Shown: piece after piece, positions 8,343 through 17,579 of the stretch
Layout: every line of letters begins with the position of its first letter
Numbering within the stretch: position 1 is the stretch's first letter
From: an uncultured Fibrella sp.
Lineage (GTDB): Bacteria; Bacteroidota; Bacteroidia; Cytophagales; Spirosomataceae
Assembly: GCF_964250085.1 (NCBI RefSeq)
Contig: NZ_CAXUEC010000013.1
Coordinates: 5,101-69,100, forward strand
Reading direction: 5' to 3'
Length of the DNA: 64,000 nucleotides
The notes under the pieces: generated by a model
What the model saw: only the letters and a program-made list of their open reading frames with translations
The model's database searches: none
What the model was told of the DNA's origin: nothing
Program-made: the position numbers and the translations under genes

Positions 8343-10223
8343 TTATTGTTCGTTTGTTTCAGAGGGTTGTTGCTCTTCGCTAGTAGCTGACTTCTCACCA
8401 AACAGAACGTTTTTCGAGAAGAAACCGGCCAGCATGAGTGGCATCAGCGATTTGAGGGGTTGTTTGGGCGCGTAGCTGATAACGTTGGCCATTGGCTCCC
8501 GGAATCGGGCCGAATAGGGTTCGTGTTTATAGCGGTCGAACAGCTTGACAACGGCCTGCTGAAATTGCTTTATATCTGTTTGTTGCAGAAACGGCTCCAA
8601 TCGGGCATAACTGCGGTCTTCTGACTTGCTCTTCGACTGGATGTAGTAAATCACCTGTCCGGCCGCGAACGCAAATTGTTCATCGGTGTCGATACTGGTT
8701 TCACCCGTGGCTAATTGAGTCATGAACGGGCGCAACTCGGTTAATTGATTTGGCATAAAAACGGGATTGGTTTTATAGGGCTGAAAATGAGGGTGAAGGC
8801 TGAACAGGACGTTGAGTTTACGCCGTATGTTGACATCTTCGCTGTGTTGACGGTTTTCATATCGGTCAAGGCGCAAATCGTCGAGGATGCTCGTAAGCAG
8901 AATGTCCTCAAACATTGGCTGTGTTACTGCCTGCCGCTTCGACTTGTAGATGAAGTCATAGAATGCCTGCCTATATTTGATTACAAGCAGATATGTGTTG
9001 TCTGTTTTACAATACTGTGGGTCTATCTCATCGAAGAAGCGAAGTTGAAACCCACCTTGCTCACCCTTTTTGGCTTTCGTCCGAACCACCAGCGCATTAT
9101 TGAATATGACCGGCAACAGACTGTTCTGAAACTTGAAAACGTCATCGAAAACAGGTGCGTAATTACCGCCAAACCAGTCCGTAACAATCCAGGGCTTTTC
9201 CTGGTCATCCGATAGGTGATACTCGAACCTGCTGACGAAATCAAAGTCTTTAATCTGGCCTTGCTGATAGTAGAGCAGGTAATAATTCCCCAAGTCGCCT
9301 TTATGCTGATCGTACAACTCTGTGATAATCTGGGCGTGGGTTTTGCGTTGTGTGGGGTCTTTTATCGCTTCTTCCTTAAAGAGGCTGAACGAGTGTTTTT
9401 GCAGTTCGTCATTGTAGATGAAGATGGGCAGTGGGCGTGGGAAAATGTTTCGCCCCATCAATTCCTTAAACTCGTGCAGTCTTAGCGCGTCGCTGGCTGA
9501 GATTCGACCGGCTATGTTAAACGTAGCCGACTGATGCGTCATAAATGGCTTTTTGTTAGGGTAGCTGTTGAAGAAATCACTTGTGCCAAACACCTCTTCG
9601 CCGACAGACGCATTGTGCTCACCTGTGTTGAAAAGCCGGTCTTTCAGGTAGAGCGCATTTGGCGATTGATATACTTCCAGTGGAACATCAAGGTAGAAAA
9701 TGATGTATTCCCCTTCTTTCAGCCCCCTACTTTTTAATTCTTTATCTATCTCTTCGGGTGGATTTACCTCCGGTACTTGCGCCAGTAGCTGCTGAATTTT
9801 GTCCCAACTGTTCAGCGCCAGCCGAAACGCCTGAGCATGTCGGCTCCCATTTTCGTCCTGAAGTAGTTTGCCAGCTTTATTGAAGTAAACGTCAAGTTGG
9901 GTATCACTTACCAACGAGCCGAACTTATAAGCGAGACAAAATGGCGAGGCCGAGTGTATCTTCTTGCCCGGTAAATCCAGACATTTGTTGGTATCTACCA
10001 TCCATGCCGTCCGTGCCCAAGCCGCACATCGCTTAAGCATTCCCGACAGTTCCGTCTTTTTCTTACGGAACAATGCATACTCGAACTGCTCAGCAATCCG
10101 GGAATCACCTTCTGGTAATTCTTCCAGCGACAGTACTACATGCAACCCTTCGCGGGGTTCAACGCCAATCTCTTTCAAGTCGGCATCAAGGGATTGAGTG
10201 AAGGTTGTGAGTTCTCTGAGCAT
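8343..10223 (-). CDS. cas8b: Cas8b large subunit (type I-B)
   Basis: 626 aa in the first position of the effector block upstream of cas7. The call rests on size and synteny, not on a recognised motif. Confidence 0.7.
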   Translation of the reverse strand: MLRELTTFTQSLDADLKEIGVEPREGLHVVLSLEELPEGDSRIAEQFEYALFRKKKTELSGMLKRCAAWARTAWMVDTNKCLDLPGKKIHSASPFCLAYKFGSLVSDTQLDVYFNKAGKLLQDENGSRHAQAFRLALNSWDKIQQLLAQVPEVNPPEEIDKELKSRGLKEGEYIIFYLDVPLEVYQSPNALYLKDRLFNTGEHNASVGEEVFGTSDFFNSYPNKKPFMTHQSATFNIAGRISASDALRLHEFKELMGRNIFPRPLPIFIYNDELQKHSFSLFKEEAIKDPTQRKTHAQIITELYDQHKGDLGNYYLLYYQQGQIKDFDFVSRFEYHLSDDQEKPWIVTDWFGGNYAPVFDDVFKFQNSLLPVIFNNALVVRTKAKKGEQGGFQLRFFDEIDPQYCKTDNTYLLVIKYRQAFYDFIYKSKRQAVTQPMFEDILLTSILDDLRLDRYENRQHSEDVNIRRKLNVLFSLHPHFQPYKTNPVFMPNQLTELRPFMTQLATGETSIDTDEQFAFAAGQVIYYIQSKSKSEDRSYARLEPFLQQTDIKQFQQAVVKLFDRYKHEPYSARFREPMANVISYAPKQPLKSLMPLMLAGFFSKNVLFGEKSATSEEQQPSETNEQ

Positions 10224-10300
10224 GGTGCAAGTAGGTCAATCTATGTTGGTTTATCAAGAGTAAGCAATCGAAAGATTGCTTAAAAAATATTAGGCCTATT

Positions 10301-10334
10301 TTTGGTTTTTACAGGTCAACTTGCCCTATTTTTG
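10301..10334 (+). promoter_or_regulatory. candidate Bacteroidetes-type promoter for the small plus-strand ORF
   Basis: TATTTTTG fits the -7 consensus TAnnTTTG and occurs at 10297-10304 and 10327-10334. The TTTG at 10301-10304 lies 22 nt upstream of the second box, so it could act as the -33 element. The ORF start is at 10439. Confidence 0.35.
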
Positions 10335-10438
10335 CCAAAGAGCCTTAGCATCGGTTTTGAAATAGAGTAAGCACAGAAAGTTTGTAATCGTACCCAGCTA
10401 AGGCTCTACTTCTATAAACCCCAAACTTTGAGTTATAA

Positions 10439-10753
10439 ATGGAAGACATTGATTTTAGCGATTACGAGGACTTCAAGCCAGACTTTAATCTATTTCGTTT
10501 GAATCTTAAAGATTTGAAAGATAAAGGCGTTCTAAGTCAAGACATTAAGGATGTTTGTGTTAACCCCCGCTCACGATGGGCAAACCTCGAAAACTTTCCG
10601 ACAGATGAGTGTTTCTTTAAGGTCATAGGGTTCAGTCGCTTGAATTTCCGGCCTCTATTGGTAGCTTTGAGTTATCAGGATAATATGATAACGGTTCACC
10701 AAGTCGAGGTAGCAAATGAAGACGACATCGAAGCAGACTACTGCGGTCAATAA
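10439..10753 (+). CDS. small hypothetical protein with weak BrnT/DUF497-toxin-like pattern
   Basis: 104 aa in an AT-rich insert, opposite in strand to the cas genes. NLKDLKDKGV..DIKDV..NP and ECFFKVIGFS....LLVALSY.D..ITVHQVEVA...DIE.DY loosely follow the DUF497 pattern (N..KHGV...dP ... RF..iG.s..grlLvVv.t.r...iRiISAR.A...E..Y). Confidence 0.4.
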   Translation: MEDIDFSDYEDFKPDFNLFRLNLKDLKDKGVLSQDIKDVCVNPRSRWANLENFPTDECFFKVIGFSRLNFRPLLVALSYQDNMITVHQVEVANEDDIEADYCGQ

Positions 10754-10926
10754 GCTCACGGGAAAAACAATTGATGAAATGACCTGGGATGACATGCGTA
10801 AAGTGGCTAAGCCTATTTCGCGTGAAGAGGCTATCAGGAAGATGAAGACTATGAAATAGAGCCGCATATACCCGGTCGTGAAATAGTTGTCTCATGTTAT
10901 AGAAAACGTTTTCCAATAAAACTCCA

Positions 10927-11724
10927 TCAGCCACTTACCCCCACACACCCAAATCCTTCCGCGTTATATCTACCTACACCAGCCAGTAACGCTACTTCCA
11001 ATACCTCGGTGGGGCCGCGTAACTCGAAGTCGACGTTGTACCAGCCGCGTAGCTTGGTCTCCTGCGGGCTGCCTTCCTTGATCGTCACCAGCCTTGATCG
11101 GATTAGACTCGCTTTGGTAAGGGGCTTGTATGAAAAATCACCCAACTCAGGTACGTTGTCCCCGTTATTCGTCCCGGTTTGGATGCTCCGATACTTGTCG
11201 ATTAGGTTAATCAGTAGGAGCGGGCCGAAGGCGTCGTCGTATGGATGCAGGTACTGGTCCATTCCCGTTTCATCTTTTTCGGCTATGACAATGGGCGATA
11301 GGGTCCGTACCGTCAGCACGTTCGTCAGCGGAGGCAACGGTAGGGTTTCTACGCGCTCCACGGTGAAGTCGGCGCGGAGGTGGCGGTTCATCAGCGTCAG
11401 TTGCTGATCCTGAAACAGGCCGATGATAAACACTTCGGCGGCTTTTTCAACGTAAAAACTGATTGTCCAATCAACGATGGGCGAGGTAAGCACAAAACAG
11501 CCTTCGCGGGGACGTACCTCATAGCCGTGCATCCTGAAGTCAGAGAACGTAAAGAGCCGGAACGTTTTACGGCCCGCCTGATAGCCTTGGCCGTGTAAAA
11601 ATTCGGTATAGGCCGTATCCGCATCGGCCAGCACGCGGTAGAGCCAGCCCGTTAGCAGGTATTGGTAGTTGAACGGAATCCGGGTTGAAGGTTCAGCGGC
11701 AAGCAGACGAAGAGTAAACTGCAT
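10927..11724 (-). CDS. cas6: Cas6 pre-crRNA endoribonuclease
   Basis: 265 aa with the C-terminal glycine-rich loop GVGRYNAEGFGCVGV characteristic of Cas6. It is located in the cas locus. Confidence 0.88.
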   Translation of the reverse strand: MQFTLRLLAAEPSTRIPFNYQYLLTGWLYRVLADADTAYTEFLHGQGYQAGRKTFRLFTFSDFRMHGYEVRPREGCFVLTSPIVDWTISFYVEKAAEVFIIGLFQDQQLTLMNRHLRADFTVERVETLPLPPLTNVLTVRTLSPIVIAEKDETGMDQYLHPYDDAFGPLLLINLIDKYRSIQTGTNNGDNVPELGDFSYKPLTKASLIRSRLVTIKEGSPQETKLRGWYNVDFELRGPTEVLEVALLAGVGRYNAEGFGCVGVSG

Positions 11725-11841
11725 GAAGAGGGGCGATCATTAATTTATCGTTGTTACAAAAGTGTCTTCTTTTCCGTACACGTTTTGTGTCCGAGACTTA
11801 CTTTATTGCGGAAAATTTACACCATTTAGTAACCGGATGCT

Positions 11842-12843
11842 ATGCCAGTTATAAAAAATCGGGAAGATCGGTTGCAGCGTATCAATGCCCGACTTAACCG
11901 ATGGGGAGGGCGCCCCGCTTCGACTCAGGAGCTGGCCCGACTATGTCAGGTGTCGGAGTCGGCCATTAAGCAGGATATCGCCTATCTGAAAGATTGCCAC
12001 GCCGCCCCGATTGCCTACAACCGGAAAGCCAAAGGCTATTACTACACGAAACCGTTTGATCTGGCCGCCTCTATCACGCTTACCGACCAGGATATGGTGG
12101 CGTTGCAGGCGGCCGTGGCTACGCTCAACCAGTTTCGGGAACTGTCGGTCTTCGCTGACTTTCGGGGGGCGGTGGATAAAATTGGGCAGGCGGTTCGTTT
12201 TCGGCTGGGTCAGGCAACCAATGCCCGGTCACTTATTGCGTTTGAATCGGCACCAGCGGGGCGGGGTAGCGAGTTGATCGAGCCGATGCTGGAAGCTTGC
12301 CTGCACGGTCGGCCTGTACAGTTTCGCCATCGTAAATACACGGACGCACAAGCCCGGCAACGGGTTATCTTCCCCTACGTTGTAAAGGAGCATCGCAACC
12401 GCTGGTACGTTGTTGGCTTTGATGAGTACAGGCAGGAAGTTCGGGTATTTGGCCTGGATCGTATCGAGGTCGACTCTGTCGTGGTATTGGATCAGGAGCA
12501 TCTGCTGGTAGCACAAGCGCCGCCATTCGATACTGCCATGTACTTCCGTCAGGCACTGGGTGTAGCCATTTATAGCCAGCCGCCCGAAGAAATAGTGCTG
12601 CTGCTCCGGGCACCCGAAAACCATCAGTTCAAAGCGCAGCCATTCTTTCCCCACGCGCCAACGGATATGTTGCTGGATACGCCCGACGAGTTACAGGTAC
12701 GTCTGACGATCATTATTAACGACGAGCTGATCTACGAACTGGCCAGATTGGGACCGAAAGTGCGCGTTATTTCACCGCTTTCACTTCAGCAAAAGCTGGT
12801 GACGTACCTGCGTGACGCCATTGACCAGTATGAATCGCGCTGA
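11842..12843 (+). CDS. HTH + WYL domain transcriptional regulator
   Basis: 333 aa. Contains an N-terminal HTH (STQELARLCQVSESAIKQDIAYLK) and a WYL motif (RNRWYVVGFDEYRQEVRVFGLDRI). It is divergent from cas6 with a 117-bp gap. Confidence 0.88.
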   Translation: MPVIKNREDRLQRINARLNRWGGRPASTQELARLCQVSESAIKQDIAYLKDCHAAPIAYNRKAKGYYYTKPFDLAASITLTDQDMVALQAAVATLNQFRELSVFADFRGAVDKIGQAVRFRLGQATNARSLIAFESAPAGRGSELIEPMLEACLHGRPVQFRHRKYTDAQARQRVIFPYVVKEHRNRWYVVGFDEYRQEVRVFGLDRIEVDSVVVLDQEHLLVAQAPPFDTAMYFRQALGVAIYSQPPEEIVLLLRAPENHQFKAQPFFPHAPTDMLLDTPDELQVRLTIIINDELIYELARLGPKVRVISPLSLQQKLVTYLRDAIDQYESR

Positions 12844-12850
12844 TCTTTAG

Positions 12851-14932
12851 CTATTTAATTACCATAAAGCTATCGGCGGTGCAGACGGTGCCAGAGTCTG
12901 TGGTGAGGCAGACAGTGCCACTGGTGGCATTATCAGGTACGGTGGCGATCAGGGTGTTGCCAACGATGCGGAAACGAGCGGCCGTTGATAAACCGCCCCC
13001 AAACCGGACTTCTACCACATCGGCCAGATTCTGGCCTGTGAACGTAACGTCAGTGCCTACTTTGCCCGTTTTTGGGGTGAATGCTACGCCAGCCACTACC
13101 CGCTGCACATCGAAAAGGGCCGTAGTGCAGGCAAAGCCCGCCGGGTTGGTAAAGCAAAGCGTTCCATCGACGGCATTGGCCGGAATAATCACTTTCATCT
13201 GTCCATTACCCAGCCGCTGGAACGAGGCTGGTAACGAAGCACCACCGCCAAACCGAACATCGGTAACGTCTTCAAGAAAATTTCCCGTCACTGTAATTTC
13301 GTCACCAACGCGCCCTTTCGCTGGCGTAAACACAACGCCCGATACAGGTCGGATGGGGGTGAACAGATCGGAGGTAAACGCCGTGGGAGAATCGGTGGTG
13401 AGGCGGAACTGACCGGGCTGCGCATCATCGGGAACCCGTATCCATAGTTCAGTGTCGTCGTTACGGCCGTCGTTGGTGGCGGGGTTGACCGAGCCTGTAA
13501 ACTGAACTACGGCGTCGCGGAGCCAGTTGCCCTTAATAACCATTCGGCTGCCGGCAGGCCAGCGACGCGGGTAATCTGTCACAACAGGAGTTTGCACGAC
13601 GGTTAGCGAGCGAACAGACGTGGCGGTGCCTGCCCGGTTAGTGGCGGCGATGGGTCCGGTAGTGGCATCTGCTGGTACAAAGAACTGAACTTCAGAGCCT
13701 TCTGTCCGTGCGTTGATGGTCATGGGCTTGCCGTTCAGCGTGACCTGCTGAATGCGCAGCAAATTTTGACCGGTGACCACTACCAGTTTATTTACGCCAC
13801 GCCGTAGCGGTGTGAACACCAGATTGGATGGGGGGAGTATAAACAGGAATGGCTGTGTGGCACTGGCCGACCCGCCTAAACCAGTTATACTGATGGTAAC
13901 ATCACCAGCCTGGCTGCGGGCTGGTACGATGGCTTCAATCTGCGTATCGCTCAGGATACGAAACTGGGCGGCTGTAGGACCAAACGAGACACTGGTTATG
14001 TCTTTTAAATTCAGGCCCGTCAAGAGTACTTTATCGCCGGTAATACCTTCAGTTGGGCTTGGGTTGCCGGTTATAGCAGGTGTTCCAGCTATATAGATGC
14101 TGTCGGCGCTGAGGCCAGTCAGCCTATCAAAAACTGTCACGCTGAGCCGCCCACTGCTCGCATCGGCCGGGACAATGGCTCTGATTTCGGTATCCGTAAC
14201 GCGGGTTGTGGCCGGGTCGGGCGTGGCGCGGTTGATGAGTAGGTTGCCATCCAGAAAATAGCGGCCCTGCACAATGATTTCCTGCCCGGCGCGAACCCGT
14301 TTGGGCGAAAACCCGGTAATTTCCGGCGTGCCAGCCACCAGATAGGTAAACGGTTTCGTGGTTCCACCCTCCGTGACGATCGTCAGTTTAGCAAAGCCAC
14401 GCGGCTGCAATGGTGAAATGATAGCGAGAACTTCGGAAGGAGAAACAACCGTAAACGAGGTTACCCGCGTGGTATCGAACCGGATGCTCTGAAGCCGATC
14501 GAGGTTGTTTCCACTGATACGGATAGTAGACCCCGGTGCAGCGTTGGTGGGTAAAACGGCATTATCAACGTTGAGCAGCGGCTCCGGCTGAATGACGGTG
14601 AAGCCAAGCGGTGGGGTCATGCCCTGGCTATTGGCCACCTGAACCTGCGTGGGACCAGTAGCTACCCGGGGAACTTCGACCACCAGAACACCATATGAAT
14701 TCGACTTGACCGTTGCCTGAACAGCCGTCTCGGCCTGCCCGAAGGTGACAATCGGGTTGTCGCCAAACTGTGCGCCCTTTAACTCGACCTGCCGACCTAT
14801 ATCGAACCGATTCGGGCTGACACTCCAAAGCTCAGGAGGAAACTGCTCGACTTTACACCCCAGGGCTATACCAATTATAGCTACTCCAAAGAGCAACAGC
14901 CTCAACCACCTACTTTGTACCCCCTTTCTCAT
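12851..14932 (-). CDS. IPT/TIG-repeat lipoprotein
   Basis: 693 aa with a lipoprotein signal (IGIALGC). About eight Ig-like repeats have the pattern G..V.I.G..F......V.FG. Confidence 0.7.
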   Translation of the reverse strand: MRKGVQSRWLRLLLFGVAIIGIALGCKVEQFPPELWSVSPNRFDIGRQVELKGAQFGDNPIVTFGQAETAVQATVKSNSYGVLVVEVPRVATGPTQVQVANSQGMTPPLGFTVIQPEPLLNVDNAVLPTNAAPGSTIRISGNNLDRLQSIRFDTTRVTSFTVVSPSEVLAIISPLQPRGFAKLTIVTEGGTTKPFTYLVAGTPEITGFSPKRVRAGQEIIVQGRYFLDGNLLINRATPDPATTRVTDTEIRAIVPADASSGRLSVTVFDRLTGLSADSIYIAGTPAITGNPSPTEGITGDKVLLTGLNLKDITSVSFGPTAAQFRILSDTQIEAIVPARSQAGDVTISITGLGGSASATQPFLFILPPSNLVFTPLRRGVNKLVVVTGQNLLRIQQVTLNGKPMTINARTEGSEVQFFVPADATTGPIAATNRAGTATSVRSLTVVQTPVVTDYPRRWPAGSRMVIKGNWLRDAVVQFTGSVNPATNDGRNDDTELWIRVPDDAQPGQFRLTTDSPTAFTSDLFTPIRPVSGVVFTPAKGRVGDEITVTGNFLEDVTDVRFGGGASLPASFQRLGNGQMKVIIPANAVDGTLCFTNPAGFACTTALFDVQRVVAGVAFTPKTGKVGTDVTFTGQNLADVVEVRFGGGLSTAARFRIVGNTLIATVPDNATSGTVCLTTDSGTVCTADSFMVIK

Positions 14933-14945
14933 CGATCGACCTTAT

Positions 14946-15044
14946 ATCAGTTATCAGTTATCAATTAGGCTTTCTAGTAGTAAACGTACCTGAGCAACGC
15001 TGATAATTGATAATTGATCATTGATAACTGTTAATTGTTCATTA
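14946..15044. repeat. heptad-periodic inverted-repeat element
   Basis: The left arm is ATCAGTT ATCAGTT ATCAATT (14946-14966). The right arm is TGATAAT TGATAAT TGATCAT TGATAAC TGTTAAT TGTTCAT (15001-15042). The arms are partly complementary, and the loop carries AACGTACCTG (14983-14992). The element abuts the stop codon of the 15045 gene. Confidence 0.7.
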
Positions 15045-15479
15045 TCAAAAGTTGCTGGCTCCGAGGTTGCGGAAGGCCCACGGAATACCCGCCAGAATCA
15101 GAATGAGACCGACACCGTAGAAGATACCGACCAGACGGTGCTTCTGCGTATCGCCGGTGGCGCGCTTCGAGCGTGAGTAGCCAACGGTAATGGCGATGAT
15201 TGCCAGCAACATAATGGTGATGTGCTCAACCGTATAGAACCGGATAACCCGATCGCCCATACCACTAAAATTAACCCTGGGGCTGATGACGTATAAAATC
15301 AAGCCCAGTACCAGTTGCGTGTGTACGGAAATCAGCGTAAACAGATACAATTTACGATTTCCGTCGGTGAATGATTTATTCCCCATCCAACGGCTAACCG
15401 ATACGAAAACAGCCGCCAAAAGCAGCACTAGAGCGACCCAGCGAAGGCCCGAGTGGGCATGAACTAATCCGGTATACAT
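15045..15479 (-). CDS. hypothetical integral membrane protein (4 TM)
   Basis: 144 aa, hydrophobic, with N-terminus MYTGLVHAHSGLRWVALVLLL. No family was assigned. Confidence 0.6.
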   Translation of the reverse strand: MYTGLVHAHSGLRWVALVLLLAAVFVSVSRWMGNKSFTDGNRKLYLFTLISVHTQLVLGLILYVISPRVNFSGMGDRVIRFYTVEHITIMLLAIIAITVGYSRSKRATGDTQKHRLVGIFYGVGLILILAGIPWAFRNLGASNF

Positions 15480-15557
15480 AGTGTAGGTTTATCAACTTAA
15501 TGTGGGTGCAAAGAAACGGACAAACGACCGATTAAGGCCCCAACTGCCCAAGATTCA

Positions 15558-15860
15558 ATGATTCTTTACAACATTACGTATAACATCGACCAGCAGATCG
15601 AGCGCGAGTGGCTGCGTTGGATGAAAGATGAACACGTACCTGCCGTGGTGGCTACCGGCCTTACCATGCAGAATAACGCGCTGAAACTACTGACCGAGAT
15701 CGAAAACGGCGGTGCTACCTACACCTTCCAGTACTGGTTTCAGACCATGGAAGATTTTGTTACCTACCAGAGTCTGCATCAACCCGCCCTGCAACAACAG
15801 GTGGCTGACCGGTATGCCAACCGGTATGTATCCTTCCGCACCCTGCTGGAGGAGATATGA
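15558..15860 (+). CDS. DUF4286-like protein
   Basis: 100 aa. MILYNITYNIDQQIEREWLRWMKDEHVP matches my recollection of the DUF4286 N-terminus. Confidence 0.55.
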   Translation: MILYNITYNIDQQIEREWLRWMKDEHVPAVVATGLTMQNNALKLLTEIENGGATYTFQYWFQTMEDFVTYQSLHQPALQQQVADRYANRYVSFRTLLEEI

Positions 15861-15867
15861 CGATGCT

Positions 15868-15974
15868 ACGCTGTCATTTGTAGTCATTAGCTGTGCGTCA
15901 TTAGGTGGTCATTTATAGTTTACTCGACGAATGACCACGAATGACGCGCAGCTAATGACTACAAATGACAGCGT
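15868..15974. repeat. long hairpin between convergent genes (about 45-bp stem)
   Basis: ACGCTGTCATTTGTAGTCATTAGCTGTGCGTCATTAGGTGGTCATT pairs with AATGACCACGAATGACGCGCAGCTAATGACTACAAATGACAGCGT, with one mismatch and one bulge. The word GTCATT is reiterated. Confidence 0.85.
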
Positions 15975-15979
15975 AAGCG

Positions 15980-16939
15980 TTAATTACGGCTCAAATAAAT
16001 AAGCTGGGTCTGCTGGCATTTCTTGCCATTGGGCCGGGGACATTGACCGCCGTTGTCGTCTGAAATAATGACGAGTACCTGGCGGCCCGTTTGGGTAGGC
16101 ACCCAGGCCATGCCTTCGAGGTTATCGATCCGATTGCCCCTGAGCATCGTGTTCATGTTGAACACAAGCGTTTTCGTTGGTGCCACCGTCGGACTGGCTT
16201 CAGAAAAAGATACCTCATACAAATTGGCGTAGGACGTATCACGCTTGCTGTCGTAGAAACGCTCCAGCACCAGCAGCCGGTTTTTGCCCGACCACACAAT
16301 CTCCGAAATGCCGCCGTACCGCTCCGACGTAGTCAGTTGCGGCATCCGGTCGCGCGGGTAAGCGAATGCTTTTTTAGTGCTCAACGACGTACCTGACCAG
16401 TGGTAGCGGTAAAACAAAACGGTCGCCTGACTGCTATCGGCGGGTGCCCAGCCTGCTTCGGGAGCCAGCCAAACCGTCGAATCGGCACCCAGTGCCAGTC
16501 CTTCAATTCCTTTATTGTCGAAGGGAAGGGGCGTTACCCGGTCAAACTCGGTAATGTGGCTTACTCCACCCACTCGCGGTAGCGAATCGCGGCAGAAGAA
16601 AGCGTAGCCGCCCGATGCGTTGTTCCCCTCGACCGTACCGAAATACGTATGACTGGCCGCGTCGTAGCGCAACGCTTCCAGTTGCAGGCCCGTGTTGGCC
16701 CCGCGTATGGCCAGTTCGTAACGGTTCAGGTCGGGCGTGCGCCACTGTTCGCCCCGGTCGCCAACCAGTTGCCAGACCCCAGCCGGGGAAATGAACTCGA
16801 TGCCCGAAACGGTGTGCAACCCAGCCTCCCTGGGTACGTAGATCGTGGTGTCTAATTGAAAACCCTGGCCAAAAGCTGGCCCGGCGATACTCCAGTAAAG
16901 GCAGAGTACCCAACCGATTTTCTTGAATGAAATAGGCAT
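15980..16939 (-). CDS. secreted phytase-like / esterase-like family protein
   Basis: 319 aa with a signal peptide. GGISEIVW...LLVLER and NLEGMAW...LVIISDDN resemble the phytase-like domain family. Confidence 0.45.
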   Translation of the reverse strand: MPISFKKIGWVLCLYWSIAGPAFGQGFQLDTTIYVPREAGLHTVSGIEFISPAGVWQLVGDRGEQWRTPDLNRYELAIRGANTGLQLEALRYDAASHTYFGTVEGNNASGGYAFFCRDSLPRVGGVSHITEFDRVTPLPFDNKGIEGLALGADSTVWLAPEAGWAPADSSQATVLFYRYHWSGTSLSTKKAFAYPRDRMPQLTTSERYGGISEIVWSGKNRLLVLERFYDSKRDTSYANLYEVSFSEASPTVAPTKTLVFNMNTMLRGNRIDNLEGMAWVPTQTGRQVLVIISDDNGGQCPRPNGKKCQQTQLIYLSRN

Positions 16940-16945
16940 GGCTGG

Positions 16946-17467
16946 CTACTGTAGATAAACACCCTCACGAGCCGAATCGCTCAGAATAACGTCTACGTGT
17001 TCGTTGAGGGTAGTGGCCAGTTCCAGGCCGATGAAGTCGGCGGCAATGGGGAAGCGCGGGTGATTGCGGTTCACCAGCACAGCCACCTGTATCTTCCGAA
17101 CGGGCACCGACAGAAACGGCTGGAGACTGAACGCCAGCGTCCGGCCCGAATACAGCACGTCGTCGATCAGCACCACCACGCGGTCGGTGTACGTACCTGA
17201 TCCGCCGGGTAATTGAATGTTGGGCTGGGCCTTCTGCGTTTTGTCGAGCTCGATCTGAACAAGGGTGACCGAAAAAGGGGCAATCTGCCGCAGTTCGTCG
17301 GCAATGCGTCGAGCCAGTTCATACCCTTCACCGGCCACGCCGGCCAGTACCAGGGCGGCCTCGTCGAAATTGGTCTCGTATAATTGACTGGCGATGCGGC
17401 GAATTTTCTGGCGGATCTGGTCGGCCGATAAAATTTGTACGGGATTCATTAGCAAAGACCCGGCCAA
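16946..17467 (-). CDS. phosphoribosyltransferase family protein (PyrR-like)
   Basis: 173 aa with the PRPP-binding loop VVVLIDDVLYSGRT and PyrR-like ...VAVLVNRNHPRFPIAADFIG. Confidence 0.65.
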   Translation of the reverse strand: MAGSLLMNPVQILSADQIRQKIRRIASQLYETNFDEAALVLAGVAGEGYELARRIADELRQIAPFSVTLVQIELDKTQKAQPNIQLPGGSGTYTDRVVVLIDDVLYSGRTLAFSLQPFLSVPVRKIQVAVLVNRNHPRFPIAADFIGLELATTLNEHVDVILSDSAREGVYLQ

Positions 17468-17579
17468 AGCGGGCGAAAATTTCGCTACAAAAATGCGGAA
17501 ATTATCAGGGTTTGGTACGGCTTATTTGGCACAGTTTTCGCCAACAGGTAATTACCCATCCAGACACAACCGTAGTATA

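Noticed and set aside
10378-10407. TAATCGTACC in the cas6-cas8b gap, identical to 10 nt of the CRISPR repeat (minus-strand reading); considered as a degenerate orphan repeat or Cas6 site
   Set aside because: Similarity does not extend beyond 10-12 nt. The shared part contains CGTACC, which is over-represented throughout this genome, so a chance match is likely.
11725-11841. Search for a WYL operator or promoter boxes in the cas6 / WYL-gene divergent region
   Set aside because: Only 4-bp palindromes were seen (CGAT...ATCG, TTGT-T-ACAA, ACAC...GTGT), and there is no TAnnTTTG match. That is not enough to call a site.
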